Of a stretch of 64,000 nt of DNA, positions 1 to 8,707 are shown one piece after another (the first letter of the stretch is position 1; each line of letters opens with the position of its first letter). The position numbers were made by a program, and so were the translations under genes. The stretch comes from an uncultured archaeon (lineage in GTDB: Archaea; Asgardarchaeota; Lokiarchaeia; Sigyniarchaeales; SOKP01). The notes under the pieces were generated by a model that was given only the letters and a program-made list of their open reading frames with translations, ran no database searches and had not been told where the DNA came from. Location of the stretch: NCBI GenBank assembly GCA_964525635.1, contig CAZGJX010000007.1:1250-65249 (forward strand). The letters run 5' to 3'.

Positions 1-2
1 AA

Positions 3-2378
3 GAATGGGTAAAAAATCAATTAGGATTAAATCCAGAAACTAATTTATCTGATCTTTTTAAAACGTCCATTGGTGTACCTCAGGGAACCTTTACTCAACC
101 ATTTTTAGAGACTTCTCAAAAAAGAAAGGATTTTTTCAATCCTATTTTAAAGGTTGATGTATATAGAAAAGTTTGGAAGAACTTTTTAAATATTATTAAA
201 GAAATTGATTCTGATATAATTAAATTAAATAATAAAAAGACAGAATTAGAAACTAGGTTAGAACCTTTAGATGAATTAAAAATTAAAAATGAAGAATATA
301 ATTTAGGATTGAAAAATGCTCAAAAGGAATTAAATGATATCAAAAAGGAATTAGATTATCTAAATAGAAAATATAAAGATTATAAGAAATTAGATGATAA
401 TTTAAAAGAAAAAAAAGTATTAAAAGATCAATTATTTAATCAAAAAACGGAATTATTCGAAAATATTAAATCAATTAGGTTAAAAGTTGAAAAAGCTATA
501 AATGCAGAAAAAATTTGTAAAACTGCAATACAAGAATATGAAGAATATGAAAAATCTTTAAAAGAAGTTAGTAAACAAAGAAAATTAAATGAAGAAATAA
601 CAGAATTAAGCAAAAAAATAAATGATTATAATAAAGAATTAACTGAATTAAAAAGTAATAAGGAAATAAAGGAAAAACAAATTAAAGAAATAAAAAATGA
701 ACAAAAAATCTTTCCACAATTGAAGAATAATTATGAATCATATCAAGATCTAAAAGAAAAAATCCAAAATTTAAGAGATAAGATTAGTAAAATTAAAATA
801 TTAGAGGATAATCTTGATACAAAAAAGAAAGAAAATGTTGAAATAACTATAAAAATTAACGAACTGGAGAAACAAACAGAAAACTATTTGAAAATAAAGG
901 AAAAGTTTGATATCTTGGAAAAAAAACAAGAATTAAAGCATAAATTAGAATTAGAAATTAATTCAATAGAAACAAAGATTATGCAAAATGAAAAAAATAA
1001 AATTGAATCTAAAGCCGGTATTTGTCCAATCTTAAATGAAAAATGTCTTAATATTGGTGATAATTCTTTTGAGGATATATTTCAAAAGGAATTAGATAAA
1101 ATAAATATAGAACTCAAATCCAAATTAGAAGAATTGGATGGTATTAATAATGAATTAGCGAAATATGACTCATATAAGCAAGAAATAAATCAAATAGAAA
1201 TTAGTAAAGGAGAATTAAAAATTTTCAAAAAAAGTAAATTGGAGATAGGAAGAAGTATTAAAGAACTTGTTGAAAAGATTAAAGAAAAAGATGTAATTGA
1301 AACAAAACTAAAGGAATATAAAAATAATTTTGAAAAATTGGAGCCAGAAATAGAAAGATATTCTATAATTAAAGAGAAAATTAATAATGATCTTCCTAAA
1401 CTTGTAAAAAATATAGAAGAAATAGAAAATAAGATAATACCAATAAAAAAAAACCTAAAACCATTAAATGAAAGAAAGAAAGAATTAGATGATATTCCCG
1501 AGAAAATAAAAAATCTCAATGAAAGAATGGATAAACTTAAACAAGGTCATGATAAATATCTATCTAATAAAGATGTAGCTGAATCTGCTCAAAATTTGAA
1601 AATAGAACTTAAAAATAATGAGGATAAATATATCAAAGCAGAAAAAGCATATAAATCATATCTAATTGAAATTAAGAAAATAGAAAGTACATTTAGTAAG
1701 GATGAATTCGAAAATCTAGAATTAGATATTTCTCAAAAGAAAGAAAATAAAGGAAAAATACTCAGTTTAATCCAAGAATATGAAAAAAAATTAGATGAGA
1801 TTCTTGATAAATTAGAAAAACTTAAAGAAACTCAAAAGGAATTACAAACTAATTTAGAAAAGATCTCAGCAATAAATTTCATCAAGAATCTTGCTGAGAA
1901 AATCAGATCATATTATAAAATTGCTGGTCCAAAAATAACAGAAGTATTATTGAAAAATATCAATGCTGAAGCTACAAATCATTATAGATCGATTATGGAA
2001 AATCCTAATATAATTCTAACATGGGAGGAAGATTTTTTAATTAAAATCAAAACGAATCAAAATGAAAAAGAATTTTTCCAATTATCTGGGGGAGAACAAA
2101 TGGTAGCAGCTTTAGCAGTAAGGTTAGCAATCTTAAATGTTTTATCTAACGCAGAATTTGCATTTTTTGATGAACCTACAATGAATTTAGATCCTGAAAA
2201 ACGAGAAAATCTATCTAAAATCATACCTAGGATAAAAGGCTTTAAACAACTCTTTCTAATAACCCATGATGATACCTTTGAGGAAAATGTTGATAATGTA
2301 ATCAAATTCACCAAAGATGAAAATGAAACTACACATGTAGAATATTTTAGTAAAACAGAAGGTTCTACATTGATATAA
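3..2378 (+). CDS. rad50: Rad50-like SMC-family double-strand-break repair ATPase, C-terminal ~790 aa (5' end is upstream of the window)
   Basis: The frame is open from base 3 (EWVKNQLGL...GVPQGTFTQPFL), so the listed TTG at 309 is internal. Long K/E-rich coiled coil with a central Cys pair (AGICPILNEKC). ABC signature QLSGGEQMVAALAVRLAIL, Walker B/D-loop FAFFDEPTMNLD, H-loop LITHD. Confidence 0.8.
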   Translation, partial: EWVKNQLGLNPETNLSDLFKTSIGVPQGTFTQPFLETSQKRKDFFNPILKVDVYRKVWKNFLNIIKEIDSDIIKLNNKKTELETRLEPLDELKIKNEEYNLGLKNAQKELNDIKKELDYLNRKYKDYKKLDDNLKEKKVLKDQLFNQKTELFENIKSIRLKVEKAINAEKICKTAIQEYEEYEKSLKEVSKQRKLNEEITELSKKINDYNKELTELKSNKEIKEKQIKEIKNEQKIFPQLKNNYESYQDLKEKIQNLRDKISKIKILEDNLDTKKKENVEITIKINELEKQTENYLKIKEKFDILEKKQELKHKLELEINSIETKIMQNEKNKIESKAGICPILNEKCLNIGDNSFEDIFQKELDKINIELKSKLEELDGINNELAKYDSYKQEINQIEISKGELKIFKKSKLEIGRSIKELVEKIKEKDVIETKLKEYKNNFEKLEPEIERYSIIKEKINNDLPKLVKNIEEIENKIIPIKKNLKPLNERKKELDDIPEKIKNLNERMDKLKQGHDKYLSNKDVAESAQNLKIELKNNEDKYIKAEKAYKSYLIEIKKIESTFSKDEFENLELDISQKKENKGKILSLIQEYEKKLDEILDKLEKLKETQKELQTNLEKISAINFIKNLAEKIRSYYKIAGPKITEVLLKNINAEATNHYRSIMENPNIILTWEEDFLIKIKTNQNEKEFFQLSGGEQMVAALAVRLAILNVLSNAEFAFFDEPTMNLDPEKRENLSKIIPRIKGFKQLFLITHDDTFEENVDNVIKFTKDENETTHVEYFSKTEGSTLI

Positions 2379-2510
2379 AACCATATTATTAATTCAATAT
2401 CTATATATTCTTGAAAAAAGTTTAAATTATCAGAATCCTAACATACCACAAAATATTAATTTTATACTTCATTATTTTCTTTATCTATATTTTAGCTTCA
2501 TTATTGGTGT

Positions 2511-3107
2511 TTGGATATTTTTAAATTAATTACACTAAAAAGTAAAATTGAAATTCCCCCTTTCTTATTTGATCAGGATAAGACAGTTTCAGCTCGGATA
2601 ATATTAAGTGAAGATTATGAAGGAATCATTACAAGAGACTATGGATTTATAATTGCAGTCGTTGATGTTCTTTCTGTATCAAGAGGACAAATTATTCCTG
2701 GTAATGCCAACACTTTTCATGAAGTTGAATTTACAATTTTATCATTCAGACCAACAATTTCTGAAGTAGTTGAAGGAGATGTTGTGGAAATTGTTGATTT
2801 TGGGGCTTTTATCCGTTTAGGTCCTTTAGACGGACTTGTTCATGTAAGTCAAATTACGGATGATTATATTTCTTATGAACAGGTTGGAAATAGATTCATT
2901 GGAAAGGAGACTGGAAAAGTTTTAGAAGTTAATGATACTGTTAGAGCAAAAGTAATTGCTGTATCTTTAGGTGGTGGGAGAAGTGGTAAGCTCGGACTTT
3001 CTATGAGAAGTCCTTTCTTAGGCAAGGAAGAGTGGATAGAAGAAGACATTGAGAAAATGTACACTGAAGATCAAATAATAGAAGGAAATAAAGAAGTTGC
3101 TGAATAA
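2511..3107 (+). CDS. rpoE: DNA-directed RNA polymerase subunit E' (Rpo7) with S1 domain
   Basis: N-terminus DIFKLITLKSKIEIPPF is typical of Rpo7. S1-like motif GDVVEIVDFGAFIRLGPLDGLVHVSQI. TTG start. Conserved neighbourhood with spt4. Confidence 0.85.
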   Translation: MDIFKLITLKSKIEIPPFLFDQDKTVSARIILSEDYEGIITRDYGFIIAVVDVLSVSRGQIIPGNANTFHEVEFTILSFRPTISEVVEGDVVEIVDFGAFIRLGPLDGLVHVSQITDDYISYEQVGNRFIGKETGKVLEVNDTVRAKVIAVSLGGGRSGKLGLSMRSPFLGKEEWIEEDIEKMYTEDQIIEGNKEVAE

Positions 3108-3385
3108 TGAACTTCATAATAAAATAAACCCTTCTTGATAATTCATTAAAATTATTTTTTGTTTATTATTGAATCGTTCTGTATGAATTAATATTATCAT
3201 GAATTTCTTTTAGATTCAACTCTAATCATAACTAATATGAATTTTATTTTTTTTTACAATTTCATATATACATAATATATCAAATATAATGAAAGGACTT
3301 AAATATAATTATTAACATAAAATATATAATAAAATAATAAAAAAGGAAAAAAAAAAATAAAGAAACAAAAAGAAAAAAAGATAAG

Positions 3386-3631
3386 ATGTCAAAAACATTT
3401 CAAGATAAAGATATTTATTATCTTTATATATGGCGTGGTGAAGAAATCGTAGATGAATTAATTTTAAAAGGAAATTACAGTGAAATGTTAATAGAAAAAA
3501 TAATATCTTCCACAAAAACCAATGGATTAATAGAGGTTTATAAAGTGGATAAATTAAATCAAAATTTTAAATTTCATAAAAAAATTACGGTTCTCAATAA
3601 TTTAGAATTGTATAATGAAGTTGATATCTAA
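3386..3631 (+). CDS. hypothetical small protein (81 aa)
   Basis: ORF only, preceded by a long purine-rich tract. No recognisable motif. Confidence 0.3.
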   Translation: MSKTFQDKDIYYLYIWRGEEIVDELILKGNYSEMLIEKIISSTKTNGLIEVYKVDKLNQNFKFHKKITVLNNLELYNEVDI

Positions 3632-3777
3632 ATTTTAATTTATATTCTATATTTTAATTAATTAAATATAATCATTATATCTTTATTTCAAAAAGAAAAA
3701 CTTTTTTCTGAAGAATAATTTTCATATATGAAACTGATTTATTTATTTTAAAAAACAAAATAGTAAGATCAAATAAG

Positions 3778-3975
3778 GTGTTTATATTGAAAGAAAGAGC
3801 ATGTAAATCTTGTCATCTTATAACAAAAAACGATGCAATTTGTCCAAAATGTAAAACTCACACTTTAAGTGAAGATTTTACTGGGGAAGCGATAGTTGTT
3901 AAACCAGAAGCATCTAAAATTGCCGAATATTTAAAAATTCATATTCCTGGAAAATATGCACTTAGAGTTCGTTAA
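3778..3975 (+). CDS. spt4: transcription elongation factor Spt4 (RpoE'')
   Basis: Zn-ribbon ERACKSCHLITKNDAICPKCKT followed by GEAIVVKPEASKIAEYL. The true start may be TTG at 3787, 7 nt after a GGTG Shine-Dalgarno-like site (3776-3779). Confidence 0.85.
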   Translation: MFILKERACKSCHLITKNDAICPKCKTHTLSEDFTGEAIVVKPEASKIAEYLKIHIPGKYALRVR

Positions 3976-4016
3976 TATTTTATTCATTTTTTTATAAGTG
4001 TTTCTTTATATATATT

Positions 4017-4598
4017 ATGAATAGAACTTTAAAAGTTCCTAATGAAAAACGTCATATTTTTGCTCAACCTTTAGGTACCTTGATAGTAGGATCTAGAGAG
4101 GAAACTATTCCTCAGATTGAGGAATTATTAAGGAATTTTCCTTCTAAAATTAATGTTTTTATTGTTGGAGATATTGTTACTCAAGATTTTCTATCTAATG
4201 ATTTTTTAAAATCATATGTTAGAATCTGTATTATTGATGAAAAAACAGATAGGAAAAGAATTAATGTAAACTTAGAAGGAATTTTTGAGGAAATTGTTGA
4301 ATTTCAGAATCCTGCAGGAATTATTCATAAAGATAGTTGGCTTCTAATAAGAAATATAATTAAATCTGGAAAAAAAACACTAATTAAAATAACGAAAGGT
4401 GAAGAAGATTTATTGGTAATACCATTAGTTATGGAACTTTTTATAGAAAAAAATGTTAAAAATTTAATATTTTATGGTCAACCAGCAATGACAGATTCAA
4501 AACATAAAATAGATGAAGGAATCGTTCTTGTTGATGTAAAAAAAAAAATAAAAAATAAGATTTCAAAACTCATTAAACTTATGAATCCACTAAGCTAA
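4017..4598 (+). CDS. DUF359 family protein (GTP-dependent dephospho-CoA kinase type)
   Basis: Motifs PLGTLIVGS, FIVGDIVT and IIDEKTDRK fit the DUF359/COG1909 pattern. Conserved position between spt4 and rps24e. Confidence 0.65.
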   Translation: MNRTLKVPNEKRHIFAQPLGTLIVGSREETIPQIEELLRNFPSKINVFIVGDIVTQDFLSNDFLKSYVRICIIDEKTDRKRINVNLEGIFEEIVEFQNPAGIIHKDSWLLIRNIIKSGKKTLIKITKGEEDLLVIPLVMELFIEKNVKNLIFYGQPAMTDSKHKIDEGIVLVDVKKKIKNKISKLIKLMNPLS

Positions 4599-4686
4599 GA
4601 TCAAAAATTTTATTTGGTATCCTTAAATTAATTTATTATAGAGTTAAATAATATTTATATTAAAATTACTTCAAAGTATATTAAAT

Positions 4687-5040
4687 ATGTCACTTGAAAT
4701 TGATGTTCTGGATAAAAAGAAAAATCCATTAATAGATAGAACAGAAATCGAATTTAAAATAGAACATTTTGCTAAAGGAACGCCAAATCGATTAGAGGTT
4801 AAAAAGAAAATTTCAGATATGGAAAAATCTAAAGAAGAATTGATTATCATTAGAGATATTAGTTCTCACTTCGGAAGTTCATATTCAGTTGGTAAAGCAT
4901 ATGTATATAAAGATATAAATGATTTGAAATTTTTTGAACCTTTTCACATTCGTGTTCGTAACTTACCAAAAGAGAAGAGAACTGAAATTTATAAATTAAA
5001 AAGAAAAAAAGAAGCCTATGAACATCTTTTTGAGTATTAA
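4687..5040 (+). CDS. rps24e: 30S ribosomal protein S24e
   Basis: NPLIDRTEIEFKIEH..GTPNRLEVKKKIS...GKAYVYKDINDLKFFEP matches the S24e pattern. Sits upstream of rps27ae as in most archaea. Confidence 0.9.
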   Translation: MSLEIDVLDKKKNPLIDRTEIEFKIEHFAKGTPNRLEVKKKISDMEKSKEELIIIRDISSHFGSSYSVGKAYVYKDINDLKFFEPFHIRVRNLPKEKRTEIYKLKRKKEAYEHLFEY

Positions 5041-5064
5041 TTAACATAGGAGTGAAAAAAACTT

Positions 5065-5313
5065 ATGACTAATATGTCAAAATATTATAAAATGGAAGGA
5101 AATAAACTCGTTAGAACAAATAGAACGTGTAATAAATGTGGTCCGAGTGTTTTTATGGCCGACCACTATGATTAATTAAGAAAATTATTCTTAATTCATA
5201 AAAGATGGGCCTGTGGAGCATGCGGATACACTATTTTCAAAAGAAAAGGTAAAAAAGTTGATACCACATCAACTCGAAAAAGAACACCTCGAAAAAGAAA
5301 GAAATCAATGTAA
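5065..5313 (+). CDS. rps27ae: 30S ribosomal protein S27ae, interrupted: exon 1 5065-5172, 30-nt intervening segment 5173-5202 (begins with in-frame TAA), exon 2 5203-5313
   Basis: Manual translation gives MTNMSKYYKMEGNKLVRTNRTCNKCGPSVFMADHYD*LRKLFLIHK RWACGACGYTIFKRKGKK...KSM*. Removing 5173-5202 restores the conserved FMADH.DRWACG.CGYT zinc ribbon. GGAGTG Shine-Dalgarno-like site at 5049-5054. Neither half is in the ORF track because each is under 60 aa. Confidence 0.75.
5173..5202 (+). other. candidate bulge-helix-bulge (BHB-like) intron inside rps27ae
   Basis: Upper helix 5174-5182 AATTAAGAA pairs with 5188-5196 TTCTTAATT (9 bp, loop AATTA). Central 4-bp helix 5167-5170 TATG pairs with 5197-5200 CATA. 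It is flanked by 3-nt bulges ATT (5171-5173) and AAA (5201-5203) on opposite strands. The outer helix is weak (C5166-G5204, or CCA 5163-5165 with TGG 5206-5208). Confidence 0.55.
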
Positions 5314-5430
5314 CTTTTTATCAATTTAGTAATACTTCTTAATTTTTTAAATTCTTTCAATTTTTAGTAATTATTTATTTAATTATATCAATTTATTTAA
5401 TTAATAAAGTTAAAGAGGTTAGAAGGAACA

Positions 5431-6435
5431 ATCACCAAAATAGCATTAGGGATAGAAAGTACAGCTCATACTTGGGGTGTGGGGATTATTGATTTTACCG
5501 GCAAAATTCTTAGCCTTATTAATGATATTTTTATTCCTGAAAAGGGTGGACTTCATCCAGTAATGGTAAGAGAACAACATCTTAATAATTTTAAAAAAAC
5601 TATTGAAAAAGCTCTTATGGAAGCTAATTGCTCAATTAATGATGTTGATCTAGTAGTTTTTAGTCAAAGTCCTGGTCTTGGACCAATCTTAAAGATTGGT
5701 GCTATAGTTGCGAGATTATTAAGCCAAATGCTAGAAATTCCCATTGTAGGCGTAAATCACTGCATTGCTCATATAGAAATTGGTAGATTATTGTGTTCTA
5801 TAGATGATCCTCTAACTCTATATGTTTCTGGGGGGAATACCATAGTTAGTGCTTTTGAATCTGGAAAATATCAAATATTTGGCGAAACTCTTGATTTAGC
5901 AATTGGAAATATGATTGATAGTTTTGCCAGAGATGCTGATATATCTCATCCTGGTGGACCAAAAATTGAGAAATTAGCCTTGGAGTCCTCAAATTATATA
6001 CCTTTACCTTATGTTGTAAAAGGAATGGATTTATCATTTTCAGGATTGTATACTGCAGCTAAAAGATTATTAGAATCAAAAGGATTTGAAAACGAATATT
6101 CTTTAAATGATATTGCCTTCTCCTTGCAAGAAACGGCTTTTGCAATGTTGACTGAAGTAACTGAAAGAGCATTAGCTCATACTGAAAAAAATGAAGTACT
6201 ATTAACAGGGGGTGTGGCAGCGAATAAAAGATTACAGGAAATGATTAAAGATATATCTGAAGATCATAATGCACGATTTGAAGTAGTACCTTTAAGATAT
6301 GCTGGAGATAATGGAGCTATGATTGCATGGACTGGTGTTTTAAAATATAAACATAATGGTGGAGATAAAATCGAAGACACAATAATAAAACCTAAAGAAC
6401 GAATGGATAATATAGAAATTCCTTGGAGGTCTTAA
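5431..6435 (+). CDS. kae1: tRNA N6-adenosine threonylcarbamoyltransferase Kae1; start codon uncertain (non-ATG)
   Basis: The conserved N-terminus IALGIESTAHTWGVGII is encoded at 5440-5490, upstream of the listed GTG at 5479. The frame opens at 5401 with no ATG/GTG/TTG before the motif. ATC 5431 lies 10 nt after GAGGT (5416-5420). Other motifs: VNHCIAHIE, GGVAANKRL, GDNGAMIAW. Confidence 0.85.
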   Translation: MTKIALGIESTAHTWGVGIIDFTGKILSLINDIFIPEKGGLHPVMVREQHLNNFKKTIEKALMEANCSINDVDLVVFSQSPGLGPILKIGAIVARLLSQMLEIPIVGVNHCIAHIEIGRLLCSIDDPLTLYVSGGNTIVSAFESGKYQIFGETLDLAIGNMIDSFARDADISHPGGPKIEKLALESSNYIPLPYVVKGMDLSFSGLYTAAKRLLESKGFENEYSLNDIAFSLQETAFAMLTEVTERALAHTEKNEVLLTGGVAANKRLQEMIKDISEDHNARFEVVPLRYAGDNGAMIAWTGVLKYKHNGGDKIEDTIIKPKERMDNIEIPWRS

Positions 6436-6436
6436 T

Positions 6437-7111
6437 ATGAGTTTTGATATTATAAAAAAAGAGGTGATTAGAAAAGGTGCAGAAGCTTCTCTTTATTATG
6501 GATATTGGTTTAAAAAAGAAGCAATTTTTAAACATCGAATTCCAAAAAAATATAGATTAGATGTTTTAGATAGGCAGATTAGGTCCTCCAGAACGATAAA
6601 CGAAACTCGAGCACTTATTAAAATAAAAAATTATGGAATAAATGTTCCTTGTGTTTATGAATTAGACACTGAAAACTCCACAATCATCATGGATTATATA
6701 CATGGTGTAAAATTAAAAGATTTAGTTAAATCTTTGAACATTAAAAAGTTAGAAGTATATTTTAAGAAAGTTGGTGAATTTATTGCGATATTACATAGGA
6801 ATGGCCATATTCATGGAGACATAACAACAAGTAATATTATTATATCCCCAAATGAAGATGTATTCCTTATTGATTTTGGTTTACATGACTATTCAGATTC
6901 AATTGAAGATAAAAGTGTTGATATTCATCTTTTTAAAAGAGTGTTAATGTCTTCTCATGGAAAACATTATGAAATTTGCTATAAAGCTTTTATAAATGGT
7001 TATAAATCGGGTTACGATGAGAATTCCCTTGAAGAATATCAATCCATAATAGCAAATATAAAAGTTATTGAAACTCGTGGAAGATATGTCAAAAAAGAGG
7101 ACCGATTATGA
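6437..7111 (+). CDS. bud32: Kae1-associated kinase Bud32
   Basis: Small RIO-like kinase with GAEASLY, HGDITTSNIII and LIDFGL. ATG lies 1 nt after the kae1 stop, with GGAGGT just upstream. Confidence 0.85.
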   Translation: MSFDIIKKEVIRKGAEASLYYGYWFKKEAIFKHRIPKKYRLDVLDRQIRSSRTINETRALIKIKNYGINVPCVYELDTENSTIIMDYIHGVKLKDLVKSLNIKKLEVYFKKVGEFIAILHRNGHIHGDITTSNIIISPNEDVFLIDFGLHDYSDSIEDKSVDIHLFKRVLMSSHGKHYEICYKAFINGYKSGYDENSLEEYQSIIANIKVIETRGRYVKKEDRL

Positions 7112-7509
7112 TATATTGCTTTAATTTTTTATTAATGGAAATATAATAATTATTTTTATAGTTTTAATAATTTTTAAATTAAACAAGTAAGTAGTTTTAT
7201 TGATAATATGAAATTATATTCGATCTATTATGTATTATATATCATTAATTCTATGTAAAATAACTTCCTTTAAATAACTAAAACTTTTTCAATTATATAT
7301 AAAAATTCTTTATTATTTGTTTAAAAAAATTAAGTGATTTGGACTAATTTATAAGATCATTTGATAGAACGAAATTCTTATAAACAAGTTTAACTTTAAT
7401 TATTATATATTTTATAAAGTGAAATATTGTAGGGGTAAATAATTAAATTATATGATTAATTCAATTAAGGTCATACCTTGAATTTTACTTTAAAATAAAA
7501 TAATAGTAT

Positions 7510-7734
7510 ATGATTTCCATGATTGAAAAAGATAGGAATGATAAAAAAAAACCTCCAATGCATAATATAACCATAAATATTCCTGAAAATTATGATAATA
7601 ATATTCAAAAATTAATTAAAATAGGATTAGTTCCAAGTAGATCTGAGGCTATAAGAACTGCTTTAAGAGAATATTTACAAAAAGAATATAATGTAAATTT
7701 AGATCTATTAGATTTTTTTGAAAAAAAGAAATAG
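7510..7734 (+). CDS. ribbon-helix-helix (CopG-like) small DNA-binding protein
   Basis: HNITINIPENYDNNIQKLIKIGLVPSRSEAIRTALREYL fits a beta-strand/helix/helix RHH pattern. Confidence 0.5.
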   Translation: MISMIEKDRNDKKKPPMHNITINIPENYDNNIQKLIKIGLVPSRSEAIRTALREYLQKEYNVNLDLLDFFEKKK

Positions 7735-7756
7735 TAAAAATATCAAATAAATTAAA

Positions 7757-8020
7757 TTATCGTCTTCTTTTTCTTATTTTTCTGGCTTCACGCTCTACTT
7801 CTCGAAGAAGGATAATATCTTCAACTCTTACTGGACCTTTAACATTTCGGGTGAGAATACGGTTTTTATCTCTACCATCTAAAATACGTACCTTTATCTG
7901 GTTTATTTCCCCTGTCAATCCCGTTTTTCCGACGACCTGAATTACTTCTGCGGGTATTGAGGTATCTTCTTCATAACTACTCTGTTTTTTATCTTTTTTG
8001 TCTTTTTGGGACAATCTCAC
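7757..8020 (-). CDS. rps28e: 30S ribosomal protein S28e
   Basis: [50 protein letters not shown] is an S28e signature. Lies downstream of rpl7ae. Confidence 0.9.
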   Translation of the reverse strand: MRLSQKDKKDKKQSSYEEDTSIPAEVIQVVGKTGLTGEINQIKVRILDGRDKNRILTRNVKGPVRVEDIILLREVEREARKIRKRRR

Positions 8021-8029
8021 TCACTCATT

Positions 8030-8398
8030 TTATTTTAATTTTTCAAGGTCTTTTACTATAGTGTTTAATATTCCATCATTTCCAGAACCTTCCTTTTCGA
8101 CTGCGATAGCTGAAGAGGAAACATTTATTCTCACGGCATTCCCTAGATCTTTTTTACTAGTTAAATAACCATAAGGAATTCCTTTTTCTTCACAAATTAT
8201 AGGAACATGAAATAAAATCTCTGGAGGAGTGACATCTTCTGCTAAAACAACAAGTTTTGCAGTTCCTCTTTCAATTGATTTTGTAGTTTCATTCATACCT
8301 TTACGAATTTTTGAATCTCTAGTTTCAGCAATTTGGTTTAATGTTGTTTTTAACTTGTTTTGTATTTGTTCAGGTGTTTTAAATTTTACATAACTCAT
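8030..8398 (-). CDS. rpl7ae: 50S ribosomal protein L7Ae (kink-turn binding)
   Basis: KIRKGMNETTKSIERGTAKLVVLAEDVTPPEI...PIICEEKGIPYGYLTSKKDLG. Confidence 0.9.
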   Translation of the reverse strand: MSYVKFKTPEQIQNKLKTTLNQIAETRDSKIRKGMNETTKSIERGTAKLVVLAEDVTPPEILFHVPIICEEKGIPYGYLTSKKDLGNAVRINVSSSAIAVEKEGSGNDGILNTIVKDLEKLK

Positions 8399-8694
8399 TT
8401 ATTTCATCTCATTCAAATATTTTAACTAATATTTTCATTAATCATTGAGTATTTGATAAAGGAAATAGTATTTTATATTAAATAAAATTTTTGATTTAAT
8501 AGATTTCAATTTTTAAAAAGATTCTTTCCATCATATCATTTAGTTCTGTGAATTTCAAAAAAAATCTAAACTTTCCTCTAACATAAAATTAGTTTAAAAT
8601 TGTTAATATATGATAAATTAAAAGAAAAATAGATAAATTTTTTTATGATATATTATTTACTTAATTGTAATTAATTACTTTTTCAACCATAAAA

Positions 8695-8700
8695 GAGGAG
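8695..8700 (+). promoter_or_regulatory. Shine-Dalgarno-like GAGGAG upstream of rpoN
   Basis: GAGGAG lies 7 nt upstream of ATT 8708, the only plausible initiation position for the conserved IIPIRCFSCGK N-terminus. Confidence 0.45.
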
Positions 8701-8707
8701 ATTAACG

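Noticed and set aside
1190-1519. Antisense ORFs inside long genes. Examples: 1190-1519(-), 2057-2314(-), 2873-3064(-), 12512-12718(-), 22981-23367(-), 25139-25495(-), 32187-32537(-), 41089-41730(+), 46251-46787, 50713-51308(-), 54076-54744(-), 55510-55803(-), 60467-60841(-).
   Set aside because: Each lies fully within a gene with strong family motifs on the other strand. Their translations are low-complexity F/I/L/S-rich strings, as expected from the reverse complement of K/E/N-rich AT-rich coding sequence.
3312-3385. Long purine-rich tract (AAAAAGGAAAAAAAAAAATAAAGAAACAAAAAGAAAAAAAG), and the minus-strand ORF 3312-3515, as a possible regulatory element or gene.
   Set aside because: Simple-sequence A-runs are common in this AT-rich genome. 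The minus-strand ORF is a poly-F/L shadow, and there is no structure or conservation evidence.
5173-5175. The idea that TAA is recoded as a sense codon in this organism, which would explain the in-frame TAA in rps27ae and the two in the alpha/beta hydrolase.
   Set aside because: The large majority of well-supported genes in the window terminate at TAA at the position expected from homology. In rps27ae the 10 codons after the TAA have no counterpart in the conserved protein, so excision fits better than read-through.
7112-7509. Larger intergenic gaps (7112-7509, 8399-8694, 13664-14014, 18272-18767, 37294-37666, 49331-49730) scanned for tRNA or other structured RNA genes.
   Set aside because: None of these gaps has the GC-rich island or clover-leaf-compatible stems expected for stable RNAs in an AT-rich archaeon. 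They look like AT-rich promoter or spacer DNA. TATA-like strings are too abundant to call individual promoters reliably.
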